NCBI GenBank assembly: GCA_965199855.1
Contig: OZ241326.1
Span: forward strand, 1,216,001-1,280,000
Direction: 5' to 3'
Source: a bacterium
Lineage (GTDB): Bacteria; UBA8248
Length of the DNA stretch: 64,000 bases
The position numbers and the translations under genes were made by a program. Shown here piece by piece: positions 38,573 through 51,279 of the stretch. Numbering within the stretch: position 1 is the first letter of the stretch; every line of letters begins with the position of its first letter. Below the pieces are notes generated by a model, which did not search any database, was not told where the DNA came from, and worked only from the letters and a program-made list of their open reading frames with translations.

Positions 38573-39289
38573 TTGCCTATACATTCCCATTGCAATTTTC
38601 TAAACTTCGAGAGTGGCGACTCCCGGGTGGAGGAGTTCCGTCCGAAACTGGAGCGAAAAGGGGGTGATGACGCTGTGTTGCATGTGAGCAGCTTCGTATT
38701 TGCCGGGAATTTCCCGGAAAATATGTTTGACGAACGAGAATTGTTTGATGGAAGGATCGATCCTGGAGGACGCCTTCACGCCGGTCCAGTCCTGCAATGC
38801 TCGTATGCGGGCGGAGTGTATCAATTCCATGCCATGCCGGATCGAATTGATCTGAGAGCGAACACGCCGAACATTATGCCCGATACCCTTATCGAGGCGG
38901 GTCAATTTATAGCCAAACAACTCGACGATGTAAAGCGAGCCGTCAAGGTTTCAGGCTTTGGAATGAATTGTGATACCATTTTTGATCAACATTTGATTCG
39001 CGCCAAGGGGCGTGACTATTGCTTTAACTTATTGGCTGGACACAAAATGAGGGCAATCGTTGACTCAGAAATTACCAATCCTCTCTCAAGAGTGCAATTC
39101 ATAAAAGGCGCAATGCGCTATGATGTGCGGATTGAGCCTCACTTTCAATCTGAGGGCAACAATTTGTTTGTGGCCGTGAACGGTCATCAAAATATCAGCG
39201 CGCAAGACTCCCTGGGTGAAAGGCTCCAATACACAGACGCTTTCAGGGAATATGTCGAAGGATTGCATCGGCGTGTTCTAAAGACTTGA
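38573..39289 (+). CDS. hypothetical protein (TIGR04255-like appearance); true start probably near GTG 38675
   Basis: SSFVFAGNFP..., SGFGMNC, VNGH pattern; AT-rich cassette gene 1. Confidence 0.6.
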   Translation: MPIHSHCNFLNFESGDSRVEEFRPKLERKGGDDAVLHVSSFVFAGNFPENMFDERELFDGRIDPGGRLHAGPVLQCSYAGGVYQFHAMPDRIDLRANTPNIMPDTLIEAGQFIAKQLDDVKRAVKVSGFGMNCDTIFDQHLIRAKGRDYCFNLLAGHKMRAIVDSEITNPLSRVQFIKGAMRYDVRIEPHFQSEGNNLFVAVNGHQNISAQDSLGERLQYTDAFREYVEGLHRRVLKT

Positions 39290-39302
39290 AGGAGCGAATG
39301 AT

Positions 39303-39866
39303 ATGGAAACGGCGGTTGCGTCAACGACATCTCGGGATAGCAATGCAGAATCAGGGCCTCGCAATCATGGGCTTACGCTGGCATTGCATAAACTATACCA
39401 AGATGAGCGCGCTCCAGAATACAAAGGGGAATTAAGTCGTCTCCTTTGTGAGGCTTCTCAACCAAAGCAAGATGCTGTCCAGATTCCTGAATACATTTTT
39501 GAGCGCGAATCCCTCAAGCAAGAAGTCAACGAACTTCTTGAAAGCGCCGGGTCAGAAAACTGGGACGGCGAGGGCGCTCTTGCGATTACGCCCGGTCTTG
39601 TCGGGATTGCGCATGAGGTCATCGAGAAATTGCCGATATACGCCGCCAAACCTGATGTCGAGGCTACGCCGCACGGCGAGATCGATTTCGATTGGGTCGT
39701 CGATCAGAATACGATGCTCACCGTCAGCGTGGCGCCTCCAAATGTAGTCGCATTCGCAGGTACGTTTCCAGAAGCGCGTCTTGCGGGCAAGGAAGAGTGG
39801 GCAGGCGAACTTCCCCATTTCGTAGAGTGTTGTCTTAAGCGAATCAAGCAAATCGGGAAACTGTAA
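39303..39866 (+). CDS. hypothetical protein with ENWDGEGA...PHGEIDFDW motif
   Basis: GGAG RBS; cassette gene 2. Confidence 0.7.
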   Translation: METAVASTTSRDSNAESGPRNHGLTLALHKLYQDERAPEYKGELSRLLCEASQPKQDAVQIPEYIFERESLKQEVNELLESAGSENWDGEGALAITPGLVGIAHEVIEKLPIYAAKPDVEATPHGEIDFDWVVDQNTMLTVSVAPPNVVAFAGTFPEARLAGKEEWAGELPHFVECCLKRIKQIGKL

Positions 39867-39869
39867 TAT

Positions 39870-40258
39870 ATGGCCTCCCGAGCGGAGGGTTCGCTTGCTC
39901 GGTTTGCGGTGGAAAGCGGACGCTTCGGCCCTCGACTGTAAAGCCGAAACTCTTTGAGCCCAACAGAAACCTTGAGCTATCCGTGTTTGGCATCGGAGGG
40001 CTTGTCTGCGCGGAGGTACGGGATTTGGGCATTGCCGTTGCGCGACGGCATCCAACGGCCCGCCAACTCCATGGCTGGGGAGAAATATCCGAGGAAGCGG
40101 TGGCCAGTGCGGAACTTGATATTGAGTATGACAACCAACCTGAACGTCATGCCAACATAACCGGCTGGCCCGAAGATATAGAGGAACGAAAGCTGAAGCA
40201 GCAACTTTTAGCAAGCCGCGCGCATCCGGTGAAGTTTGATTCACCGATCCCGGTATAA
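39870..40258 (+). pseudogene. ART/RES-like small protein, apparently frameshifted near 39929
   Basis: ATG 39870 MASRAEGSLARFAVESGRFG stops at 39941; the -1 frame continues PSTVKPKLFEP..ELSVF..HANITGWP. Confidence 0.55.
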
Positions 40259-40444
40259 TTCCCGAACCGGTCGTTGTTTGTCATGGAGCGGATGATTGCG
40301 AAATTCGCTTTCCGGCGTTCGCTCCACTCCCCGCGCCGTTGGCGCGCATTCTCTGGGCTTGGCCTTGAAAACCCCTTGAAATTCGCCCCGGAACGGGGTA
40401 AGGCTCATCCGGAGCCGGAATTTCACGGCGAGGGGGGGGCGCTC

Positions 40445-41554
40445 ATGGCGGGCGAGGCGAGGGAGTTGCGCAGAACCCCCCTGTATGAGAGGCACAGGGC
40501 CGCCGGCGCGAAGATGGCGCCGTTCGCGGGCTTCGAGATGCCCATCCAGTACACGGGCGTGATGGACGAGCACCACGCGGTGCGGCGGGCGGCCGGCCTG
40601 TTCGACGTGAGCCACATGGGCGAGTTCGAGGCGCGCGGCGCGGGGGCGGGCGCCTTTTTTCACAAAATGGTGACGAACGACGTTTTGAAGCTCGACCCCG
40701 GGCGCGTCCTCTACGCCGCCATGTGCAGGGACGAGGGCGGCATCGTGGACGACCTCACGGTGTATCGGCTCGAGGCGGATCGCTACATGGCCGTCGTGAA
40801 CGCGGCGAACGTCGAGAAGGACTGGGAGTGGATGTCCTCCCGGCACGACGGCTCCTGCGAGTTCCGCGACGCGAGCGGGGAGACGGCGCTCCTCGCCCTC
40901 CAGGGCCCCGGGGCGGAGGCCATTCTGGCGAAAGTGATTCCGGGGGGCGGCGCGCTCGACGCCATCCCCTACTACGGGGCGCAGCGGCGGGAGGCGGCGG
41001 GCCTGGACGCGCTGGTCTCCCGCACGGGCTACACGGGAGAGGACGGCTTCGAGCTCTATTGCGCCCCGGAGGCCGCCCCCGCGCTCTGGGACGCGCTGCT
41101 CTCCGAGGGGCGCGGCGAGGGGCTGAAGCCCTGCGGCCTGGGCGCCCGGGACACCCTGCGCACCGAGATGAAGTTCGCCCTGTATGGAAACGACATCGAC
41201 GAGACGACCAACCCGCTCGAGGCGGGCCTCGGCTGGGTGGTGAGGTTCAAGGCGGGCGACTTCATCGGCCGCGAGAGGCTGCTGGCGATAAGGGACGGGG
41301 GCGTCGGGAGAAAACTGGTTGGATTCGAGATGGCGGATCGTGGTATTCCTCGGCGCGGCGCGCCCATCCTGATCGCCGGGGAGGAGGCCGGCCGCGTCAC
41401 GAGCGGAACGATGAGCCCCTCGCTTGGCAGGGCCATCGGCATGGGCTACGTTCCCGCCTCGAGCGCGGAGGAGGGCTCGGCGCTGGAAATCGACATCCGC
41501 GGCAGGGCGAGGCGGGCGCGGGTCGTGAAGACGCCTTTTTACAAAAAAGCCTGA
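40445..41554 (+). CDS. gcvT: glycine cleavage system aminomethyltransferase
   Basis: RTPLY, FDVSHMGE, SRTGYTGEDGFE, GLGARDTLR. Confidence 0.97.
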   Translation: MAGEARELRRTPLYERHRAAGAKMAPFAGFEMPIQYTGVMDEHHAVRRAAGLFDVSHMGEFEARGAGAGAFFHKMVTNDVLKLDPGRVLYAAMCRDEGGIVDDLTVYRLEADRYMAVVNAANVEKDWEWMSSRHDGSCEFRDASGETALLALQGPGAEAILAKVIPGGGALDAIPYYGAQRREAAGLDALVSRTGYTGEDGFELYCAPEAAPALWDALLSEGRGEGLKPCGLGARDTLRTEMKFALYGNDIDETTNPLEAGLGWVVRFKAGDFIGRERLLAIRDGGVGRKLVGFEMADRGIPRRGAPILIAGEEAGRVTSGTMSPSLGRAIGMGYVPASSAEEGSALEIDIRGRARRARVVKTPFYKKA

Positions 41555-41626
41555 GGGCGGAGGCTGCGCCCTCTCGAACGAAGCGACTCGGAATCGGCGT
41601 CATCCAAAAGGGAGGCATTCAGAAAC

Positions 41627-42016
41627 ATGGAACTACCGAGCGGCCTCAGATATTCCAGGGAGCACGAGTGGGTGAAGGTGGAGGGCGCGGTCGCGCTGAT
41701 CGGCATCACGGACTTCGCCCAGGCGGAGCTGGGGGACGTGGTCTACGTCGAGCTGCCCGAAGTCGGCGCGGAGCTCGAGGCGAACGCCGCCTTCGGGGTG
41801 GTCGAGAGCGTCAAGGCGGTCTCGGACCTCTACGCGCCCGTCACGGGCGTGGTCGCCGAGGTGAACGCCGCGCTGGAGGATGAGCCCGAACTCGTGAACT
41901 CCGACCCCTATGAGGACGGCTGGATGATTCGGGTGGAGATGAAGGACGAATCGGAGCTGAACGATCTGCTGGACGCGGAGTCGTATCGCTCGTTCGTCGA
42001 AGAGGAAAGCGGCTAG
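41627..42016 (+). CDS. gcvH: glycine cleavage system H protein
   Basis: HEWV, GITDFAQ, VESVKA lipoyl-Lys, NSDPY..GW. Confidence 0.97.
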   Translation: MELPSGLRYSREHEWVKVEGAVALIGITDFAQAELGDVVYVELPEVGAELEANAAFGVVESVKAVSDLYAPVTGVVAEVNAALEDEPELVNSDPYEDGWMIRVEMKDESELNDLLDAESYRSFVEEESG

Positions 42017-42138
42017 CCCGGGGCGGCTTCTCCCGCGCCTCCGGCCGGGTTCTCCCGTCCGGGACGCGCCGGAGCGGCGGCCTCGCCCGAACCTCCCCGA
42101 AAAGCCGTCCGAATCGCCCTTGTGGAAGGCGCGTGCTC

Positions 42139-45019
<2,881 letters not shown>

Positions 45020-45027
<8 letters not shown>

Positions 45028-45877
45028 GAATGGGACTCCGCGCTCCGAACCCCCGGAAATCTCCCGCGCGCGCTTTCTGAACACGGGCGCGGCGCCCGCC
45101 GCCTGGAACATGGCGGTGGACGAGGCGCTCTTCAAGCGGTGCCAGGCCCATCTGAGGAGCGGCCGCGCCCCCCGGAAGGTGCCCCTCGCCTTTCGCGTCT
45201 ATGGGTGGTCGCCCCCGGCGATCTCCCTGGGGCGGGGCCAGGCCGCCGCGCGCGACGTTTTTCTGGAGCGCCTCGCCGGGGAGGGCATCGACCTCTGCCG
45301 AAGGCTCACCGGCGGGCGCGCGGTGCTGCACGACTGCGAACTGACGTATTCCGTCACCGGCCCCGAGGCGCTTCTGGGCGCGACGATAGAGGAAGCCTAC
45401 CGGAGCGTCAGCGAGGGGCTGGCCGGGGGGCTGGCCTCCCTGGGGGCGCGGGTCGAGCTCTCTCCCCCGGGGGGGAGCGCCTACGCCTCGCAGGGCTCCT
45501 GCTTCGCGACGGCCTCCGTCTGGGAGATCGCGGTCGGCGGCCGGAAGATGGTGGGCAGCGCGCAGTGCAGGGAGGGCGGCGCGGTCCTGCAGCACGGCAG
45601 CGTCCTGCTCCGCTCCTCCGAGGAGCGTCTGGCGAGGCTTCTCAGGCCGAGGGGCGCCGGGGGCGGCCGCCCTTCCCGCGCTCACGCGGTGGGTCTCCGG
45701 GAGGTTCTGGGCGAGGAGGTCTCGTTCGGCGAGGTCGCGGGCGCCCTCAAGGCGGGCGTCGAGCGCGCCCTGGGCGTCCGGCTTCGGCCGGACGCGCTCT
45801 CCGAAGCCGAGCGCGCGGAGGCGCGGGAGACGGCCCGCGCGCGATACGAGAGCCGCGCGTGGACGCTGGCGCGGTGA
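45020..45877 (+). CDS. lipoate--protein ligase/octanoyltransferase family
   Basis: [31 protein letters not shown]. Confidence 0.9.
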
Positions 45878-45974
45878 GTCCTCGATCCGCCGCCCCGGAG
45901 CTTCGCCTCGTCTCTCCGCGAATGAAGCGCCTCCTTGACACGGCGGGCGGGGCGGTCTTATCGTCAGGGTTCTG

Positions 45975-46049
<75 letters not shown>

Positions 46050-46104
46050 TTCACCGAACCGGGCGCAGACCCGGCGCGCCGCCCGCATTCGGGAATCCGC
46101 ATCC

Positions 46105-46992
46105 ATGACGGACCTCTCGATTCTCCACGGCCTCCCCCCGGACGAGAAGGTCGTGGAGCTTCACGCGCACTCGAGCGCGTCCGACGGTTCGGACGCCCCG
46201 GAGAAGGTCGCGCGAAGGGCGCGGCGCGCGGGAATCCGCGCCCTCTCGCTGACGGATCACGACACGCTCGCCGGCCTCGCCCGCGCGGACGCGGAGGCGG
46301 AGAAGCTGGGGATGGCGCTCATCCCCGGGGTGGAGCTCTCCTGCGCCCACGAGGGCCGGGTCGCGCACGTGCTCGCCCACTTCATCCGGCCGGACGCGCC
46401 GCGCCTCATGGAGCGGATGAAGTCCTACGCGGCGGCCAGGGTCGAGAGAATGAAGGAGATCATCGCCCGGCTCGCGCGCTGCGGCCTGCCCATAGACGGG
46501 GAGGACTTCTTCGCCGCCCACGCGGGCGCGCCGAGCGTCACGCGGGGGCAGCTGGCGGACTACATGCTCTCGAAGGGGCTGGCGGGCTCGCGCGCGGAGG
46601 TTTTCGAGAAGTACATCGGCGAGAGCGCCGTCGCCTACGTGGCGCTGGAGGCGCCCTCCCCCTTCGAGGCGATCGCCCTCGTTCACGAGGCCGGAGGCGC
46701 CGCCACCCTGGCGCATCCGGTATCGAGCGGGTGCGACGGCCTCATTCCCGCGCTGGCGGAGGCGGGCCTGGCGGGCCTCGAGGTGGAGCATCCCTCCCAG
46801 GATGCGGAGGCGCGCGCGCGCTACGGGAAGATGGCGAAAGAATGCGGGCTTCTGCGGGTGGGAGGCTCCGACTGCCACGGCGTCCGGCGCGGAAGCGAGA
46901 GGCTGGGGAAGTTCTCGCAGCCCCTGCGTCTGCTGTTCGCGCTGTCGGAGCGGGCGGAGGCGCGCCGGGCGGAATCGCGGGCGAGGGGATAG
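46105..46992 (+). CDS. PHP domain protein (TrpH/YciV-like)
   Basis: LHAHSSASDG, TDHD, GVELS, AHP, GGSDCHG. Confidence 0.9.
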   Translation: MTDLSILHGLPPDEKVVELHAHSSASDGSDAPEKVARRARRAGIRALSLTDHDTLAGLARADAEAEKLGMALIPGVELSCAHEGRVAHVLAHFIRPDAPRLMERMKSYAAARVERMKEIIARLARCGLPIDGEDFFAAHAGAPSVTRGQLADYMLSKGLAGSRAEVFEKYIGESAVAYVALEAPSPFEAIALVHEAGGAATLAHPVSSGCDGLIPALAEAGLAGLEVEHPSQDAEARARYGKMAKECGLLRVGGSDCHGVRRGSERLGKFSQPLRLLFALSERAEARRAESRARG

Positions 46993-47041
46993 GGGAGCCG
47001 GGCGCGCCGGGCGTCCGCGAAATTTCACGGGAAACCCCATC

Positions 47042-48109
47042 ATGGCGCTTCCGGATCAGTTCATACGCCGCTGGCGGCTTCTCCGCGTCCTGGAAGGCGG
47101 GGAATCCCTGACGAGGGCGGAGCTCCTCGCGCTCCTGAAGGAGGAATCGTCCCGGGGCGGCCATGAATGGAGCATGAGGACGCTTCAGCGCGACCTCTCG
47201 CATCTGATGGAGGCGGGCTTCCCGCTGGAGAGGTCGCGCGCGGGCCGGAAGATGCGGTATCGTCTCTCGCGGGCGTATGCGGATTCCGTCTCCGCGCCGT
47301 TTTCGCCCTCGCAGTGGGCCGCCCTGTATTACGCCCTCCGCCTGTTGCGGGATTTGCCGGGAAGCCCCCTGCGCGAGGAGTCGCTGGCCGCCAGCGTCGG
47401 CGGCGTCTTCGCCCGCCTGCGCGAATGCGTTCCCGAGGCCCTTCGCGCCTACGCGGAGGGAATCGAGCCGCGCTACGCGGGCGTCGTGGGCGCGCTCAGG
47501 GAGCATCGGCGGCGGCGCAGGGTGAGCGGCGTCCTGCTTCAGGCGATAGAGGAGGCGAGGCCCGCCCGCATCCTGGCGGAGCGGCCGGGAGAGGGGCGGA
47601 AGCGCTGGCGGAAGGTGGACCCCTATCTTCTGTGCTTTCACGGCGGACGCCATTATCTGCTGGCGCGCGAATCCGGCAGGGACGCCCTGGCGGCCTGGCG
47701 CCTGGAGGATATCGAAGGCGCCCGCCTCGCCGCCGGCGCCTTTCAGATGCCGCTCGAACTCGACCTGCGGGCGCTGCTGGTCGAGTGTCTGCGCGAAGGC
47801 GCGGACAGCGGCTTGAGCGTGAGGGTTCGATTCGGCGACAATGCGGCGGTTCACTCCGTCGCCGCCTTCATGGAGGAGGCGTTCGGCGAGGTGGAGCGGA
47901 TTGAGGGCGCGGGCGCGCCGGGGCGCGACTTCATCGTGCGGGTGAGCGACGTCCGGGGCTTCCGGCGCTGGCTGATGGCCTTCGGCGCGGAGGCGGAGCT
48001 GCTCGCGCCGCCGGAGCTGCGCGAGGGCTTCGCCCGGGACCTGGCGGCGGCCCTTGGGAAATACCGCGGGGCGCGGCGCGGAAAAAAGACGCGCGGCGCG
48101 GCCTCGTGA
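47042..48109 (+). CDS. HTH-WYL domain transcriptional regulator
   Basis: RTLQRDL wHTH, VDPY..HYLLA..WRLEDI WYL-like, C-terminal WLMAFG..PPELR. Confidence 0.8.
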   Translation: MALPDQFIRRWRLLRVLEGGESLTRAELLALLKEESSRGGHEWSMRTLQRDLSHLMEAGFPLERSRAGRKMRYRLSRAYADSVSAPFSPSQWAALYYALRLLRDLPGSPLREESLAASVGGVFARLRECVPEALRAYAEGIEPRYAGVVGALREHRRRRRVSGVLLQAIEEARPARILAERPGEGRKRWRKVDPYLLCFHGGRHYLLARESGRDALAAWRLEDIEGARLAAGAFQMPLELDLRALLVECLREGADSGLSVRVRFGDNAAVHSVAAFMEEAFGEVERIEGAGAPGRDFIVRVSDVRGFRRWLMAFGAEAELLAPPELREGFARDLAAALGKYRGARRGKKTRGAAS

Positions 48110-48130
48110 AGGTCGAGGGAGGGCCTTGGC

Positions 48131-48412
48131 ATGAGACTCAGAAGGGAGATGATAGAGCGGATTTCCCGCAAGATCGTCGAGAGGCTGGCTCGCCGCGAGC
48201 TGATCTCCGAGGATTCCGACCAGGAGGTTCTCAGAACCCGGATCGCCCACGTCATCGAGTCCGACCTGCTGGTGGAGGATCGCCTGAACGACGAGGTGAA
48301 GGACATCCTGCGCGACTTTCAGGACGAGATGGACAAGGGCAACGTGGACTACAGCCGGATGTTCACGATGGTGAAGACGAAGCTGGCGCGCGAGCGGAAC
48401 CTGGTGCTCTAG
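48131..48412 (+). CDS. DUF507 family protein
   Basis: MRLRREMI..VEDRLNDEV..VDYSRMF..LARERNLVL. Confidence 0.75.
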   Translation: MRLRREMIERISRKIVERLARRELISEDSDQEVLRTRIAHVIESDLLVEDRLNDEVKDILRDFQDEMDKGNVDYSRMFTMVKTKLARERNLVL

Positions 48413-48457
48413 CGGCGCGCGCGGGGGCTTCCTTCTTTCGATGAGGAGAGCGCGGCC

Positions 48458-48733
48458 ATGAAGCTCAGCCGCGAGAAGATCAACCACCTGACGAATCTCG
48501 TCGTCAAGGACCTCGAGGCGTGCGAGGACGTGGACTTCCTCGTCGAGCCCCAGGAGCTGCGCATGAACGTGCTGCGCGCCATCAGCAACGAGCTCATCAT
48601 CGACGACGAGATCGAGGAGGAGGTGCGAAGAATCCTGAGCACCTACTCCAGCAGGCTGGTGGAGGGGAGCCGGGACTGGGACGTCCTCTTCAACAAGCAC
48701 TACGAGCAGGAGGCCAGGCGGCGCGGAATCTGA
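48458..48733 (+). CDS. DUF507 family protein
   Basis: MKLSREKINHL..EGSRDWDVLFNKHYEQE. Confidence 0.75.
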   Translation: MKLSREKINHLTNLVVKDLEACEDVDFLVEPQELRMNVLRAISNELIIDDEIEEEVRRILSTYSSRLVEGSRDWDVLFNKHYEQEARRRGI

Positions 48734-48787
48734 CTCCGCCCGAGCGCCCTCCCCGCGAGATGCCCCCCGAGAGCGGAGGCCGCTGAC

Positions 48788-49393
48788 GTGCGCCGGGTGG
48801 GCCTGACCGGGGGAATCGCCAGCGGAAAATCCACGGTGAGCCGGATGCTCGGGGAGCTGGGGGTTCCGGTGATCGACGCGGACTTGCTCGCGCGCGAGGC
48901 CGTCGCCCCGGGCTCGGCCGCGCTCGCGGCCATTGCCGAGGCGTTCGGGGAGGAGGTTCTCGCCGGGGAGGGGGGGCTGAACCGCGCCCGGCTCGGGGAG
49001 ATCGTCTTCGCCGACCCCGGCAAGAGGAAAGTTCTGGAGGGGATCCTGCATCCCCTCATCATCGCCGAGCAGGACAGGCGGCTGGACGCGCTGGAGGCGG
49101 CCGGCGCCGCGCCGCTGGCGGTCGTGGACGCCGCCGTCATGATCGAGTCCGGCAGCTGGAGGCGCTTCGACGCCGTCGTGGTCGTCGCCTGCGAGGAGGC
49201 GCAGCAGATCAGCCGGCTGCGCCGCCGCGGCGGCCTGAGCGAGGAGGAGGCGAGGCGGCGCGTCGCCGCGCAGATGCCGCTGGCCGAGAAGGTGAAATAC
49301 GCGGATCACGTCATCGACAACCGGGGTTCCGTGGCGGACGCCCGGAGGCAGGCGGAGGCGCTCCTGAAGTCCCTTCTGGAGGAAGCGGAATAA
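48788..49393 (+). CDS. coaE: dephospho-CoA kinase
   Basis: VGLTGGIASGKST, IDAD, LNRARLG, AQMP, ADHVIDN. Confidence 0.95.
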   Translation: MRRVGLTGGIASGKSTVSRMLGELGVPVIDADLLAREAVAPGSAALAAIAEAFGEEVLAGEGGLNRARLGEIVFADPGKRKVLEGILHPLIIAEQDRRLDALEAAGAAPLAVVDAAVMIESGSWRRFDAVVVVACEEAQQISRLRRRGGLSEEEARRRVAAQMPLAEKVKYADHVIDNRGSVADARRQAEALLKSLLEEAE

Positions 49394-49399
49394 AAGGTG

Positions 49400-49428
49400 T
49401 TGACAAACGCGCCCGGACGCGTTACTTT
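49400..49428 (+). promoter_or_regulatory. sigma70 promoter of rho operon
   Basis: TTGACA-17 nt-TACTTT. Confidence 0.6.
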
Positions 49429-49804
49429 CCGCGAGTGTTTGTCGGCTGACTCCGATGCGGCTTCATCATCGCCCCGAACCTCATGCGACATTCGACGCGC
49501 TTCGACTTGACGCTTCATGGGAATAAACGCATTCGTCCTGGGGAAGACAGCCATCCTCGCTGATGTTTCCGCTCGCGGCTTCGCGCGCGCGGCCGTCCTT
49601 CAGGGACGCCGAACGCGCGCTTCGCATCCGGCGCCGACCGCTCCCGAAAACGGAAAGTGAAGGAATTTCATCACGTCAACCTTACCGCTTGAGGCCAGGA
49701 GGAGAAGCCTCCCCGCGCAGGAGGCGGCGAACGGCGCGACCCAAGGGCGTCGTCCCGCGTCCCAGGCGGTGAAAAGGATCCCCCCAGGGAAGGAGAAGGA
49801 AATC

Positions 49805-51094
49805 ATGGCGACGGGAACGAAGTCTCGAGGGCTGAATCTGGCGGAGCTGAAGAAGAAGACCATCGTGGAGCTCAACCAGATTCTCAGGGAGCTCGCCGTG
49901 GACGGCGCCGGCGGCCTCAAGAAGCAGGACATGATCTACAAGATCATCGAGGCGCAGTCCGAGAAGGACAGAAACGACGGCGGCGGAACCATCACCGGCG
50001 AGGGCGTGCTGGAAATCCTCCCGGACGGCTTCGGGTTCCTGCGCTCGCCGGCGTACAACTATCTGCCGGGGCCGGACGACATCTACGTCTCCCCCAGCCA
50101 GATTCGCCGCTTCGACCTGCGCACGGGCGACACGGTGAGCGGCGAGATTCGCCAGCCCAAGGAGGGAGAGCGGTATTTCGCCCTCCTCAAGGTCGAGAAG
50201 ATCAACTTCGAGCCCCCCGAGGCGAGCAAGGACAAGGTGCTCTTCGACAACCTCACGCCGCTGTATCCCGACCGCAGGGTGGGGCTCGAAATCTCCGGGG
50301 AGGAGCTCGGCTCCCGCGTGCTCGACCTCATGACGCCCATCGGCTTCGGGCAGCGCGGCCTCATCGTCGCCGCCCCGAGGACGGGCAAGACGATGATGCT
50401 TCAGTCCATCGCCAAGAGCATCGCGACGAACCACCCCGACGCGCACCTGATCGTCCTGCTCATCGACGAGCGCCCCGAGGAGGTCACCGACATGGAGCGC
50501 TCCGTGCGCGGGGAGGTCATCAGCTCGACGTTCGACGAGCCGGCCTCCCGCCACGTCCAGGTGGCGGACATGGTGATCGAGAAGGCGAAGCGGCTCACCG
50601 AGCACAAGCAGGACGTCGTCATCCTGCTCGATTCCATCACGCGGCTGGCGCGCGCCCACAACACCATCATCTCGCCGAGCGGGAAGGTGCTCTCCGGCGG
50701 CGTGGACTCGAACGCCCTCCAGCGCCCGAAGCGCTTCTTCGGCGCGGCGCGCAACCTGGAGGAGGGCGGCAGCCTCACCATTCTCGCCACGGCGCTGGTC
50801 GAGACGGGCAGCCGCATGGACGACGTGATCTTCGAGGAGTTCAAGGGCACGGGCAACATGGAGGTGCACCTGGACAGGAAGCTCTCCGACAAGCGCGTGT
50901 TCCCCTCGGTGGACATCAACAAGTCCGGCACCCGCAAGGAGGAGCTGCTGCTCAGCCCGCAGGAGCTCAACCGCGTGTGGGTGCTGCGCAAGGTGCTCCA
51001 GCCCCTGGGGGTGGTGGATTCGATGGAGCTGCTGCTCGAGAAAATCCAGCAGACGAAGACGAACGAGGCTTTCCTCGCCTCCATGAACGCCTGA
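49805..51094 (+). CDS. rho: transcription termination factor Rho
   Basis: [44 protein letters not shown]. Confidence 0.98.
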   Translation: MATGTKSRGLNLAELKKKTIVELNQILRELAVDGAGGLKKQDMIYKIIEAQSEKDRNDGGGTITGEGVLEILPDGFGFLRSPAYNYLPGPDDIYVSPSQIRRFDLRTGDTVSGEIRQPKEGERYFALLKVEKINFEPPEASKDKVLFDNLTPLYPDRRVGLEISGEELGSRVLDLMTPIGFGQRGLIVAAPRTGKTMMLQSIAKSIATNHPDAHLIVLLIDERPEEVTDMERSVRGEVISSTFDEPASRHVQVADMVIEKAKRLTEHKQDVVILLDSITRLARAHNTIISPSGKVLSGGVDSNALQRPKRFFGAARNLEEGGSLTILATALVETGSRMDDVIFEEFKGTGNMEVHLDRKLSDKRVFPSVDINKSGTRKEELLLSPQELNRVWVLRKVLQPLGVVDSMELLLEKIQQTKTNEAFLASMNA

Positions 51095-51279
51095 AGAGGC
51101 TTCCGCGGCGCCTCCCGGCTTTCCCCGCTTTCGGGTGGACAGGCGCGCCGGGTTTCGGTATAAAGCGCTTTCCTCGCGGCGGGGGCCGGCTTTTTCGCGG
51201 AGGCGCGTCCCTCCCGCCGTCTTTCGGTTTTTCGGAGCGGGAAGGCTTCCGGCGTCCCGGTATTTTGGAGTTTGCGGCT

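Noticed and set aside
40260-40444. Glycine riboswitch upstream of gcvT
   Set aside because: No GGAGA..CCGAAG..CTCAGG aptamer motifs recognised.
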